Numbered from the stretch's first letter, positions 1 through 8,926 are shown. The stretch: 40,346 nt of DNA from Planctomycetota bacterium (GCA_021784455.1 JAJXSS010000001.1:3236-43581); one strand, 5' to 3'. Program-made: numbers and translations. The notes: generated by a model not told the origin, from the sequence alone.

Positions 1-2064
1 GAAAAGGTGCTCAGTGAGAACCAGGCCCAGGTCCAGACGCTGCTGCGTCGGGCGGCGGACCTGCGCCGCGAGCAGAAGTATGACAAGGCCCTGCAACTGA
101 TCGACCAGGCCCTGTTCATCGACCCCAACAACGTGGCTGCCCAGGCCATGAAGGAGATGATGCAGGATACGCAGTTGTACGTGGAAGCCAACCGCGCCGA
201 ACGCGAGCGGGCGCTGGACATATCCAAGCAGAGTGTGGAAAACCTCAAGGCCACCATGCCTTACACGGAACTGATGATCTATCCGACCGACTGGCCGGAA
301 CTGACCTGGCGTCGCCGCCAGGGCCTGGGCCAGGGCACGACCGAGTCGGATGTGAACCGCCGGGTTCAGCAGGCCCTGAACCAGGTCATCAGCAAGGTGG
401 AGTTCGACCGCAACCGTCTGGGCAACGTGATCGACTTCCTGCGGGTGACCACCAACCTGAACTTCTTCGTCAACTGGCCGGTCTTGCAGCAGGCGGGCGT
501 GGATCAGGATAAGCCCATCAGCCTCCAGCTCACCAACGTACCCGCCGAGCAGGCCCTCAAGCTGGTGCTCAAACAGGCCACCTCCGACAACCAGAACCCG
601 GTCACGTACAGTATCGTCGACGGCATCGTGACCATCTCGACCCAGGCGGATCTGACACGCACCACGGAAACGCGGGTGTACGACATCCGCGACCTGCTGG
701 TGAACGTGCCCAACTTCACCAATGCGCCCGAGTTCGACCTGAGCACGGCCTTGTCCAGCAGCGGTAACGTGGGCCAGGGCGGCGGTGGCGGCAACACCGC
801 CACCCTCTTTGGCTCCGGCGGCGCCGGCGCCACGGGCACCAGTGCCACGGGCAAGAGCCGCGAAGACATGGTGCGCGACATCACCAACCTCATCGAGGAC
901 AGCGTGGGCAACCCGCAGGACTGGGTGGATCGCGGCGGGACGGTCAGCAGCCTCAAGGAGCTCAACGGCAACCTGATCGTCAAGACCACGGCCGAGAACC
1001 ACCGGGCTCTGTTCCAGTTGCTGGCCCAGTTGCGGGAGGCGCGGGCCATGCAGATTTCCGTGGAAGGCCGCTTCCTGCTGGTGGACCAGCACGTGCTGGA
1101 TGAAGTGGGCCTGGATGTGGACGTGTCGTGGACGCCCAGTTCGGCCTTCTCGCCCATCTCGTTCAACCAGGATTCGATCGACATCGCCCAGCGGCAGAAC
1201 ACGGGCATCCCCGGGTCGCTGGGTTCGCCCTCGGGTTCCAGCCAGAGCATCCCGTTCACCGGGATCAGCGGCGGCGCCAGTTCCGCCAGCGGCAGCGCCG
1301 GCAGCGCCAGCGCCGGCTTCATGTATGCTCTGCAGGTGCCTCAGTTCAGCTATATCGCGGATGACCTTCAGGTCAACGCCATGCTGCACGCGACCAAGGC
1401 CAACAGCAGCGCGATATCGCTGACGGCCCCGCGCATAACCTTCTTCAATGGCCAGAAGGCCTACGTGATGGTGGCCGACCAGATCGCCTTCGTCAGCGAC
1501 CTGACGCCGATTTCCGATGCCATCGGCTTCCAGACCACCCTGTCGGTGGCCCAGTCGGGTGTGGTGCTGACGGTGGAAGGCACGATCAGCGCGGACCGGC
1601 GCTACGTCACCATGACCGTGGAGCCCAGTCTGGCCCGCATCGCCGCCATCCGCCAGATCCCGGTGAACGCCTTCTCCAACGTCAACCTCAACAACAACAA
1701 CTTCTCCATCCCCATCAGCGGTACGCTGGAAGCTCCGGAACTCGAACTGACCCAGCTCAAGACCACGGTGAGCGTGCCCGATCGCGGCACCCTGCTGTTG
1801 GGCGGCCAGCGGCTCGTGGGCGAGACGGAAATCGAGGCCGGGGTGCCCGTGCTGTCCGAGGTGCCCATCCTCAACCGCTTCTTCACCAACCGTTCCACCG
1901 TCAAGGATGAACGGACCCTGTTGATCCTGGTCAAGCCCACGATCATCATTCAGAGCGAAGAAGAGGAGAATCTCTTCCCCGGCCTGATGTCCAATCCCGA
2001 GAAGTACAACATCGGCCGCACCAGTTCGGGCAGTTCGGGAGTCAGCGGCACCGGCACACCGTAG
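1..2064 (+). CDS. Secretin-family outer-membrane channel (GspD/PilQ-like); 5' end probably lies outside the window
   Basis: The frame is open from base 1. The C-terminal region carries the secretin hallmark GVPVLSEVPILNRFF...TLLILVKPTII. There is a TPR-like N-terminal stretch and long Gly/Ser/Ala low-complexity linkers. A strong terminator follows the stop. Confidence 0.85.
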   Translation, partial: EKVLSENQAQVQTLLRRAADLRREQKYDKALQLIDQALFIDPNNVAAQAMKEMMQDTQLYVEANRAERERALDISKQSVENLKATMPYTELMIYPTDWPELTWRRRQGLGQGTTESDVNRRVQQALNQVISKVEFDRNRLGNVIDFLRVTTNLNFFVNWPVLQQAGVDQDKPISLQLTNVPAEQALKLVLKQATSDNQNPVTYSIVDGIVTISTQADLTRTTETRVYDIRDLLVNVPNFTNAPEFDLSTALSSSGNVGQGGGGGNTATLFGSGGAGATGTSATGKSREDMVRDITNLIEDSVGNPQDWVDRGGTVSSLKELNGNLIVKTTAENHRALFQLLAQLREARAMQISVEGRFLLVDQHVLDEVGLDVDVSWTPSSAFSPISFNQDSIDIAQRQNTGIPGSLGSPSGSSQSIPFTGISGGASSASGSAGSASAGFMYALQVPQFSYIADDLQVNAMLHATKANSSAISLTAPRITFFNGQKAYVMVADQIAFVSDLTPISDAIGFQTTLSVAQSGVVLTVEGTISADRRYVTMTVEPSLARIAAIRQIPVNAFSNVNLNNNNFSIPISGTLEAPELELTQLKTTVSVPDRGTLLLGGQRLVGETEIEAGVPVLSEVPILNRFFTNRSTVKDERTLLILVKPTIIIQSEEEENLFPGLMSNPEKYNIGRTSSGSSGVSGTGTP

Positions 2065-2094
2065 CGGCTGGCTGGTATGAATGGTTGGTTCATC

Positions 2095-2126
2095 AAGGCC
2101 CCGCCTCATGGCGGGGCCTTTTTTAT
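2095..2126 (+). terminator. Rho-independent terminator of the secretin gene
   Basis: AAGGCCCCGCC-TCAT-GGCGGGGCCTT forms an 11-bp stem (9 G:C pairs) with a 4-nt loop. It runs into TTTTTTAT, 31 nt after the stop codon. Confidence 0.85.
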
Positions 2127-2626
2127 GTGTGCCGAGCATGTTCGATCTCTTGGAGGTGCAAGTCCTCCGCCCAACCTGATGGAGGTGAAGGGCAAGCGAC
2201 TCGCAAGGGCGTCACCGCGAGATGGCGTCTGAAAGAAGCGATAGCGAAGATGCGGCCCGATGGACAAGAACCGGGTCCAAGGCAGTCGTGGCGGGGCGAG
2301 CTGGCATGAGACAGCAAAGCCCGTATCCATCAAGCGACATGGCTGTAAACCCGGCGGGCGTGCATCGAAGGAGACCGGACTTACCTCGGGAGGCCTGCGT
2401 CGTGTCGGAACCGGGGCTTGTCCGCAAGACACCCCCGGAAGCCGACTGAACGTCCCGCAAGGGAAGTTGACCGCGGCGCAGGAGTCAGCAGAGGGCATAG
2501 TAGCCCGTGACGTCGGTGCGGCTAATGAGGCACTGCCCAACGAAAGGGGCAGACAACCGATAGGCCGGACCGGGAACGACGGGTCAAGGCCCCAACGATG
2601 GAGTGGCCAGTAGGAACCTTAGTCTC

Positions 2627-4012
2627 ATGGACAGCAGGCGGCCGAAGAACCAGATGCCTCTGGCCTACCCGGCGGAACAGGGGGGTGAAGCCCTCCCAGC
2701 CTCCGGGGCAAGGGCCGAACTGTCCAAGGCGGCCAGGGTGACCGACAGCCCCGCGGACCCCCGAAAGATGATGGAGGTGGTATGCCAAGCTGAGAACCTG
2801 TGGACGGCATTAGCACGAGTACAGGCCAACAAGGGCAGCCCCGGCGTGGACGGCATGAGCGTCCAGGCTTTGCCGGGCTACCTCAAGGAGCACTGGCCAG
2901 CACTGCGGGAACAACTGCTCGAAGGGACCTACCGGCCGCAGCCGGTGAAGCGGGTGGAAATCCCCAAGCCCGACGGCGGGGTGCGCAAGCTTGGCATCCC
3001 GACGGTCGTGGACCGCTTCATCCAGCAGGCGGTGTTGCAGGTTCTCCAAGAGCAGTGGGACCCGACGTTCTCGGAGCACAGCTACGGCTTCCGACCCGGG
3101 CGTTCGGCGCATCAGGCGGTGGCCCAGGCGCAGGAATACCTGACGCAAGGGTACGGCTGGGTGGTGGACTTGGATCTGGAGAAGTTCTTCGATCGGGTCA
3201 ACCACGACAAACTGATGGGCCAGATTGCCAAACGGGTTCAAGACCCGCGGCTGCGCAAGCTCATCCGGGCTTTCTTGAACGCCGGGGTGATGGAGAACGG
3301 GCTGGTAAGTCCGAGTGAAGAAGGGACGCCGCAAGGCGGTCCTCTTTCGCCCCTGTTGTCGAACCTGGTGCTGGATGAGCTGGACCGGGAGTTGCAGCGG
3401 CGTGGGCACCGCTTCGTGCGTTACGCGGATGATTGCAACATCTACGTGCGTAGCGAACGGGCCGGGCTGCGGGTGATGGCCAGCGTCAGTGGCTGGATCA
3501 CCCAGCGTCTGAAACTCAAGGTCAACGAATCCAAAAGCGCCGTGGCCAGACCCAGGGAACGTAAGTTCCTGGGCTTCAGCTTCACGAGCGGGCAGGAGCC
3601 CAAGAGGCGAATCGCGCCCAAGGCTCTGAGACGCTTCAAAGAGCGGGTGCGGGAACTGACGCGGCGGACGCGGGGCGTAAGCCTGCAACGGATGGTCGAG
3701 CAACTCTCGGCCTACCTGCGGGGCTGGCGCGGCTACTACGGCCACTGCCAAACGCCCTCGGTGCTGCAAAGCTTGGACTCGTGGATGCACCGGCGACTGC
3801 GTGCCGTGATGTGGAAGCAGTGGAAGAGAGGCCGCCGACGGTTCGCGGAACTGGTGCGTCTGGGCGTGGGCAAGAATCTGGCGGCACAGACCGCCGGCAG
3901 TCCCCACGGTCCCTGGCGGCTGGCCCGCAGCCCGGCCCTGTCCATCGCCCTGCCCACCGCCTACTGGGAATCCCTTGGCCTCCCCCGCCTCACCCCCGGA
4001 GCCAACGCTTGA
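2627..4012 (+). CDS. Group II intron-encoded reverse transcriptase/maturase (no En/HNH domain)
   Basis: Motifs: NKGSPGVDGMSV (RT0/1), RKLGIPTVVDRFIQQA, FSEHSYGFRPGRSAHQA, GTPQGGPLSPLLSN, the catalytic YADDCNIYV, and an X/maturase region RGWRGYYGHC. The C-terminus ends with LPTAYWESLGLPRL and has no nuclease domain. The start is either ATG 2627 or GTG 2603. Confidence 0.93.
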   Translation: MDSRRPKNQMPLAYPAEQGGEALPASGARAELSKAARVTDSPADPRKMMEVVCQAENLWTALARVQANKGSPGVDGMSVQALPGYLKEHWPALREQLLEGTYRPQPVKRVEIPKPDGGVRKLGIPTVVDRFIQQAVLQVLQEQWDPTFSEHSYGFRPGRSAHQAVAQAQEYLTQGYGWVVDLDLEKFFDRVNHDKLMGQIAKRVQDPRLRKLIRAFLNAGVMENGLVSPSEEGTPQGGPLSPLLSNLVLDELDRELQRRGHRFVRYADDCNIYVRSERAGLRVMASVSGWITQRLKLKVNESKSAVARPRERKFLGFSFTSGQEPKRRIAPKALRRFKERVRELTRRTRGVSLQRMVEQLSAYLRGWRGYYGHCQTPSVLQSLDSWMHRRLRAVMWKQWKRGRRRFAELVRLGVGKNLAAQTAGSPHGPWRLARSPALSIALPTAYWESLGLPRLTPGANA

Positions 4013-4021
4013 ACCATCGAA

Positions 4022-4051
4022 CCGCCGTGTACGGACCCGTACGCACGGTGG
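4022..4051 (+). ncRNA. Group II intron catalytic domain V hairpin
   Basis: CCGCCGUGUACG-GACC-CGUAC(GC)ACGGUGG has a lower helix, a 2-nt GC bulge and an upper helix. The triad position reads CGC. The flanks GAACCGCCGU...ACGGUGGUGUG closely resemble my recollection of the Oceanobacillus iheyensis IIC intron domain V; this comes from memory and needs alignment. Confidence 0.8.
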
Positions 4052-4170
4052 TGTGGCAGGGACAGCCCGTGAGGGCTTACCTACGCCGATTGGGGTGGCT
4101 CCCAGGATTGTGGCCCGCCACGGCGGTGAGGGCGCCCGACCTTGATCGGGTGGACCTGACTTGGGAATAA

Positions 4171-4213
4171 GCCTGCAGAGGCATCGATCTGAGCCCGCAG
4201 GCGTTTGTTTTTA
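4171..4213 (+). terminator. Possible weak plus-strand stem-loop with T-tract downstream of the intron
   Basis: GCCTGC (4171-4176) pairs with GCAGGC (4197-4202) around a 20-nt loop, followed by GTTTGTTTTTA. The stem is short and the loop large. Confidence 0.3.
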
Positions 4214-4310
4214 ACTGGGAGTACAGCGACGTCGGCCCGTCATCGGATCGGTCCGCAGACCCGTGGATCGAAAGCGATTTGCCCTTTCGGGACTTGGCCC
4301 GGAACCGGCG

Positions 4311-7133
4311 CTACCGAGGTTGCCCGGCTTCATAGTGGCTCAGGCGGGTGGTCCAGGCGCGGATCAAGGCTTGTTGCCTGGATGTCTGGACCAGCGCCAG
4401 GGCCTGCCGGCCCACGCTGATGGCCTTGGCAAAGTCGCCCAGGCGGGCATAGGCATCGGCCAGGGCGTCCAGGGCATCCAGCCAATGGGGTTGCAGGGCC
4501 AGGGCCTTCTCCAGGTGGGGGACGGCATCGGCGGGCCGGCCCAGGGCCGCCAGGGCCCGGCCCAGCAGAAAGTGGGCTGTGGGTTGGTCCGGTTGCAGTT
4601 TCAGGGCCGCCTGGTATTCCTGGATGGCTGCCTTGGTCTGGCCCAGTTCACCCAGGGTCTGGGCCAGATTCAGATGGGCATCAAAATAATCCGGCTGGAG
4701 GGCCAGAGCCTGGCGCAGTTGTACCTCCGCCGACTTGGTGTGCCCGGCCAGGAGATACTGGGCCCCCAGGTTCTGGTGCGCTTCGGCGTCGTTGGGATGG
4801 TCGTGGATACAGCTCTCAAACTGGGCGATGGCCTCGCTGGTGCGGCCCAGCAGACCATAGGCGCTGCCCAGGTTCTTATGGGCGGCGTACAGGGAAGGGT
4901 TGAGTTTCAGGGCGGTTTCGAGACGGGGGACCGCCTGGGCCGGTTGGCCCAGCTTTAGCAGAGCCGAGCCCAGGCCGTTGTAAGCCTCGGCAAAATCGAC
5001 CTGTCCGGCAATGGCCCGGGTGTAGTGGGAGACGGCCTGGGCCGGCTGACCCGTTTCCATCAGCAGATTGCCCATCTGATATTCGGCGTAGGGCTTGCCC
5101 GGGCCCAGGGCCAGGGCCTTGGCGCACCAGTCCAGGGCCCGGGGGTACTGGTGGCGGCTCTCGGCCACCATGCTCAGATCCACGTACGTTTCGGGCAGGG
5201 AAGGATTGAGCCGGCGGGCGATCGCAAACTGAGCCAGGGCTTTATCTGGCTCCTTGAGGTCCAGCAGGGCCAGGCCGTAATCATTATAAACTTGTGGCTT
5301 ATCTGGAGATAAGCGAATAGCATTGCGGTAATAGGGCAGGGCCTTGGCCGTTTGGCCCAGCCGGGACAGACACTGGGCCATGGCCGTCTGGCGGGTCACC
5401 ACGTAGTTGTTGGCCAGAATGGCCTGGGTGATGTAATCCAGAGCCTTTTGCCACAACCCTTTACGCATGTAGATGCTGGCAATGTTCTCCATGGCGGCAT
5501 CGTTGTGGGGGTCGCAGTGGAGGGCGGCGGTGAACTGGTGCAGGGCCTCATCCATGCGGTCGGCCCGGAAAAGCTGAACCCCGTAATTGTTGTGGGCGAT
5601 GGACGAGTCGGGGTTTTTGACCAGCGTATCCGACCACAGGGTGTCCAGGTTCTTGTAGATCCGGGCCTGGCGCCAGGTCAACAGGGCCAGTACGCCCAGA
5701 AGCAGCGCCACCGCCAGCCGTCCCGCGGGCTGGTCCCACAGCCCCAGGCGTTTGAGGCCCAGGGTGATGCCGGCCCCGAACACCGCCATGATGCTGATGC
5801 AGCCCAGGTATTGCCAGTGGTCGGAAACGAAGGAAAAGCGGGTCATGAAAATGACCACCATCAGGATCAGGAAGCAGGTTCCCATGTAGAAATGCACGGC
5901 CGCGGCGAACAAGCCCCGGCCCAGCCGACCGCGCCAGACGTACAACGCCACCAGGGCCGCGACGGTGGCCGGGGGGAACAGGTAGAACCACCAGGCGGGG
6001 TGCGCCACGTTCCAGCGCGGGTAGATGAAGGTCAGGTCCAGGGGCAGGATGAGTTTGACGAGGTAGAACCAGAAACTGCGGCCGGAAACCAGGATGCGCT
6101 GCAGGGCGTCGAGGTTGTAGACGCTTCCGATGGCGCCACCCAGGAACTTTTCCACATAGATGGTGACCTGACCCATGCCCGCGGCGATGGCGGCCAGGGG
6201 GCCCAGGGGGGCCAGATCCCGCCAGCGCAACCGGCCCCGTTGCCACCAGAGGATCAGCAGGAGGGAGATAGGGGCCAGGCTCACCGCCGTTTTGGCGAAC
6301 ATGGCGAACACGAAACAGACCAGAGCCAGCCCGTGCCAGGCCCAGCGGCGGTCGCTCGGGCGCGATCCCCGGCGCCACAGAACCCGCAAAGCCAGGATGA
6401 CGGTGAAAACAGTGGCCAGGAGCATGGCCCCCACATAGCTGTCCAGAAACGTGGGGAAGGGGGGCCAACCGACGGTCTGGCCGGGTTTCTCATAGACCAA
6501 GGCTACCCCCAGCATCACCAGCGCCGCGGCCAGGTTGATCCCGGTCAGCAGCCAGGTTCCAGCCAGAATCCAGAAGGTGGGCCTGGCGTCGGCCGCAGGG
6601 GGGGAAGGTGGTGGCTTGGTGGCCGGCCGAGGTTGAGGCTCCGGCGGGGCATAGATGCCCAACTCGGCAAAGCGGATGTAGGCAATGCCGCAGGCCAGCA
6701 GCAGGGCGGTGGACAGGGTGTTTTTCAGTTCCGTCATCCAGGCCACGCTCATGACGTTGACCGGATGCAGGGCGAAGATGGCCGCCCCCAGCCACGCCCC
6801 CGGAACCTTCAGCACGTAAAGCAGGCGCCACAGCAGCAGGGCGGTGATGATGTGCCAGATGAGGTTGAGGATGTGGTAGCCGGTGGGGTCCAGGCCCCAC
6901 AGACGGTAACCGGCCCAGAACGCGGTGAAGGTCAGCGGGTAGTACTGGCAGGTGGCCCCGGGCTTGCTCCAGATCAGGCGCACGGCGTCGGGCTGGGCCA
7001 GGGTCTTGTTGGCGCTGATATGGGTGTCATCGTCCCAGATAAAATCCCCGCGCATGGCGGGCAGGTAGGCGACGGTGGTGGTGGCCGCGATGACCAGCCC
7101 CAGAAGGATGGCTCGTCTCGTTTCCGCGCGCAT
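4311..7133 (-). CDS. Multi-pass membrane protein (PMT/TMTC-like, DUF1736-type N-terminal domain) fused to a long C-terminal TPR array
   Basis: 940 aa. The N-terminus has the LPAMRGDFIWDDDTHISANKTL motif typical of TMTC-like glycosyltransferase-fold proteins. About 10 hydrophobic segments follow, then at least 10 TPR units (repeated A..Y..A....P....A..NLG pattern). Confidence 0.85.
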   Translation of the reverse strand: MRAETRRAILLGLVIAATTTVAYLPAMRGDFIWDDDTHISANKTLAQPDAVRLIWSKPGATCQYYPLTFTAFWAGYRLWGLDPTGYHILNLIWHIITALLLWRLLYVLKVPGAWLGAAIFALHPVNVMSVAWMTELKNTLSTALLLACGIAYIRFAELGIYAPPEPQPRPATKPPPSPPAADARPTFWILAGTWLLTGINLAAALVMLGVALVYEKPGQTVGWPPFPTFLDSYVGAMLLATVFTVILALRVLWRRGSRPSDRRWAWHGLALVCFVFAMFAKTAVSLAPISLLLILWWQRGRLRWRDLAPLGPLAAIAAGMGQVTIYVEKFLGGAIGSVYNLDALQRILVSGRSFWFYLVKLILPLDLTFIYPRWNVAHPAWWFYLFPPATVAALVALYVWRGRLGRGLFAAAVHFYMGTCFLILMVVIFMTRFSFVSDHWQYLGCISIMAVFGAGITLGLKRLGLWDQPAGRLAVALLLGVLALLTWRQARIYKNLDTLWSDTLVKNPDSSIAHNNYGVQLFRADRMDEALHQFTAALHCDPHNDAAMENIASIYMRKGLWQKALDYITQAILANNYVVTRQTAMAQCLSRLGQTAKALPYYRNAIRLSPDKPQVYNDYGLALLDLKEPDKALAQFAIARRLNPSLPETYVDLSMVAESRHQYPRALDWCAKALALGPGKPYAEYQMGNLLMETGQPAQAVSHYTRAIAGQVDFAEAYNGLGSALLKLGQPAQAVPRLETALKLNPSLYAAHKNLGSAYGLLGRTSEAIAQFESCIHDHPNDAEAHQNLGAQYLLAGHTKSAEVQLRQALALQPDYFDAHLNLAQTLGELGQTKAAIQEYQAALKLQPDQPTAHFLLGRALAALGRPADAVPHLEKALALQPHWLDALDALADAYARLGDFAKAISVGRQALALVQTSRQQALIRAWTTRLSHYEAGQPR

Positions 7134-7179
7134 AGGGGGTTAGTTTATACCGGCTTCGGCCAGCGGGCGATGGGCGGGG

Positions 7180-7330
7180 GAATTTATGATCGCGGATCTC
7201 TGATCTATGATCTGAGGCGGGGGTGGGCGGGAGAAGGCTTGCCAGCCAGGTCGCGGGGCGGCGGCATCGCGGGCCCGGGGATGAGCGCCGCAGAACAGAA
7301 ATCAGAAATCGCAGATCAGAGATTCTTCGC
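7180..7330. repeat. Long imperfect inverted repeat with low-complexity AT-enriched arms (element A) in a divergent intergenic region
   Basis: The left-arm core ATCTCTGATCT (7196-7206) pairs with AGATCAGAGAT (7313-7323). The arms are built of GATCT/ATCAGAA-type short periodic units and flank a GC-rich core of about 105 bp. Confidence 0.6.
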
Positions 7331-8248
7331 ATGGTTCGTCACACGGCCTTGACGCAGCACCCCCGGAACTGGCGCGATTTCGCGTATGTGTATCCGGTGA
7401 TCAGCCGCCGCGCGGGGGGGCTTTCCATCGGTGTGAATGTCAACCCGGACAAGGCGTGCAATTTCGACTGCGCCTATTGCCAGGTGGATCGCACACAGCC
7501 GCCGCCGTTCAAGACGGTGAACCTGGAGCGTCTACATCGGGAACTGGAAACCATGCTCGCGCTGGTGAAGAGCCAGGCCATCTGGCAGGACCCAGCCTTT
7601 GCGGGGCTGGAGCCGCACTGGCAGCGCCTGAATGACATTGCTTTTTCCGGCGATGGTGAGCCCACGACTTATCGCCGACTGGATGCGGCGGTGCGGCTGG
7701 CGGTGGAAGCGCGGAACGCGGCGGGGATTGCCGGGGCGGGGGAGAAGAGTCACGCGTCACCAGTCACCAGTCACCTGTCGGCGCCGTTTTCGGGGGTGAA
7801 GATCGTCCTGGTGACCAACGCCACCTGCCTGCACTGGGCCAGTGCGCGGCGGGCGGTGGAGATCATGGATGCGGCCGGAGGGGAGGTCTGGGCCAAACTG
7901 GATGCGGGGACCCCGGAATACTACCGGCTGATCGATCGGACGCGGGTGCCGCTGGCACGGGTGCTAAGAAACATTGCGGAAGTCGGGCACGCGCGAGAGA
8001 TTGTCATTCAGTCCATGTTTCTGCGCTGGGCCGGGGCGGCGGTGAGTGCGGACGAGTACGCGGCCTATCTGAGGCGTTTGGAGGACCTGATGGCCGGGGG
8101 CTGCCGCATCAAGTTGGTGCAGCTTTATACGGTGGCGCGCCGGCCGGTGGAGGCCCGGGCGACCGCGCTGACCGCGGGAGAACTGGGCGATCTGGCCGAA
8201 AAACTCTCCCGGAGGTTGCCGGGGCTGGCGGTGGAGGTCTATCCTTGA
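7331..8248 (+). CDS. Radical SAM protein (COG0731-like Fe-S oxidoreductase)
   Basis: CNFDCAYCQ (CxxxCxxC cluster motif), FSGDGEPT (SAM/GGE-like) and LVTNAT are present. ATG 7331 is preferred over the upstream alternative start at 7223, which overlaps the repeat element. Confidence 0.85.
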   Translation: MVRHTALTQHPRNWRDFAYVYPVISRRAGGLSIGVNVNPDKACNFDCAYCQVDRTQPPPFKTVNLERLHRELETMLALVKSQAIWQDPAFAGLEPHWQRLNDIAFSGDGEPTTYRRLDAAVRLAVEARNAAGIAGAGEKSHASPVTSHLSAPFSGVKIVLVTNATCLHWASARRAVEIMDAAGGEVWAKLDAGTPEYYRLIDRTRVPLARVLRNIAEVGHAREIVIQSMFLRWAGAAVSADEYAAYLRRLEDLMAGGCRIKLVQLYTVARRPVEARATALTAGELGDLAEKLSRRLPGLAVEVYP

Positions 8249-8398
8249 GGTTGGTGGGTCGGGCCGTGCGGAGCGGTCCGCGTTCCTTGCAGGCGGCGAG
8301 TGGCTGGGGTGATGGGAACCTGCTTCCGGGGGTGGTTCCGGAGGGGACGCCCGGGCCTGTTCCCGGGGGTAGGCGGCCTGCTCAGAGGGAGGTGATTC

Positions 8399-8920
8399 AT
8401 GGCTCGTTCTGGCACCCCGTTCGATCCCCGCAGACTGATTGCCGCCTATGAAACCCAGCCCTCCAAGCTGGAGAAGCTGATTGCCGGCATGACGCCGGCG
8501 GAACTGCGGCGCCGGCCGGGGCCCCGGGCCCGGGCCGGAACCTGGAGCACGCTGGAACTGGTGTGCCATCTGTCCGACACCGAGCAGGCCTACGCCGACC
8601 GGATCAAGCGCACGCTGGCCATGGATCGTCCCCTGGTGCTGGCGTATGACGAAAGCGCGTACGTGCGCAAGCTGGCCTGCCAGCGGAGGGATGTGGAAGA
8701 GGAGATTCTCCTGATGCTGGCCACGCGGCGGCAGATCGCCCGCATCCTGCGGACGCTCAAGCGGGGGGACTGGGATCGTTCGGCCGTACACAACGAAGCG
8801 GGCTTGCGTACCCTGCGCCAGTGGATCGAGACGCTGGTGTGGCATCTGGACTACCACGCGGCTTTTATTAGCCGCAAGCGGGCGGGGTTGGGCGGGCGGG
8901 CCCGAAGAGGCGTGTCCTAG
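8399..8920 (+). CDS. DinB-family (DinB_2) protein
   Basis: 173 aa. The pattern WSTLELVCHLSDTEQAYADRIKR...WHLDYH matches the DinB/YfiT four-helix His-triad pattern. An SD-like GGGAGGTG lies 5-6 nt upstream of the ATG. Confidence 0.75.
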   Translation: MARSGTPFDPRRLIAAYETQPSKLEKLIAGMTPAELRRRPGPRARAGTWSTLELVCHLSDTEQAYADRIKRTLAMDRPLVLAYDESAYVRKLACQRRDVEEEILLMLATRRQIARILRTLKRGDWDRSAVHNEAGLRTLRQWIETLVWHLDYHAAFISRKRAGLGGRARRGVS

Positions 8921-8926
8921 CGCGCC

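Larger units (their letters stand above)
2127..4084 (+). mobile_element. Group II intron, bacterial class C (IIC) architecture, about 1.96 kb; 3' boundary uncertain by about 10 nt
   Basis: The 5' end is GUGUGCC, directly after the terminator U-tract. An RT/maturase ORF sits in the domain IV position. Domain V lies at 4022-4051. A short domain VI with a GUGA tetraloop (4064-4077) and a bulged A at 4079 is followed by ...CCUAC. Insertion behind a terminator hairpin is the known IIC target preference. Confidence 0.85.

Noticed and set aside
2085-2613. Several 60-145-aa ORFs on both strands (for example 2106-2540 minus and 2260-2613 plus)
   Set aside because: They lie within intron domains I-III, which is structured RNA. 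They have no coding signatures.
2810-3907. 365-aa minus-strand ORF and 172-aa plus-strand alternative-frame ORF
   Set aside because: They overlap the intron RT/maturase ORF, whose frame is confirmed by RT motifs 0-7 and YADD.
3781-4170. 129-aa plus-strand ORF crossing the intron 3' end
   Set aside because: It is out of frame with the IEP and runs through domains V and VI. The product is Pro/Arg-rich.
7223-7330. N-terminal extension of the radical SAM ORF from the alternative start at 7223
   Set aside because: The extension is Arg/Gly-rich, overlaps repeat element A and the divergent promoter region, and precedes a good ATG at 7331.
5352-7352. 666-aa plus-strand ORF
   Set aside because: It is entirely antisense to the well-supported TPR/membrane gene. 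Its composition is dominated by G, Q, H, P, R and D with no motifs. This is a typical high-GC shadow frame.
7756-7775. Tandem heptamers and other short repeats, considered as a CRISPR or VNTR array
   Set aside because: The units are 5-7 nt with at most 3 copies, and there is no spacer architecture. This is not a CRISPR array. They are reported as low-complexity features instead.
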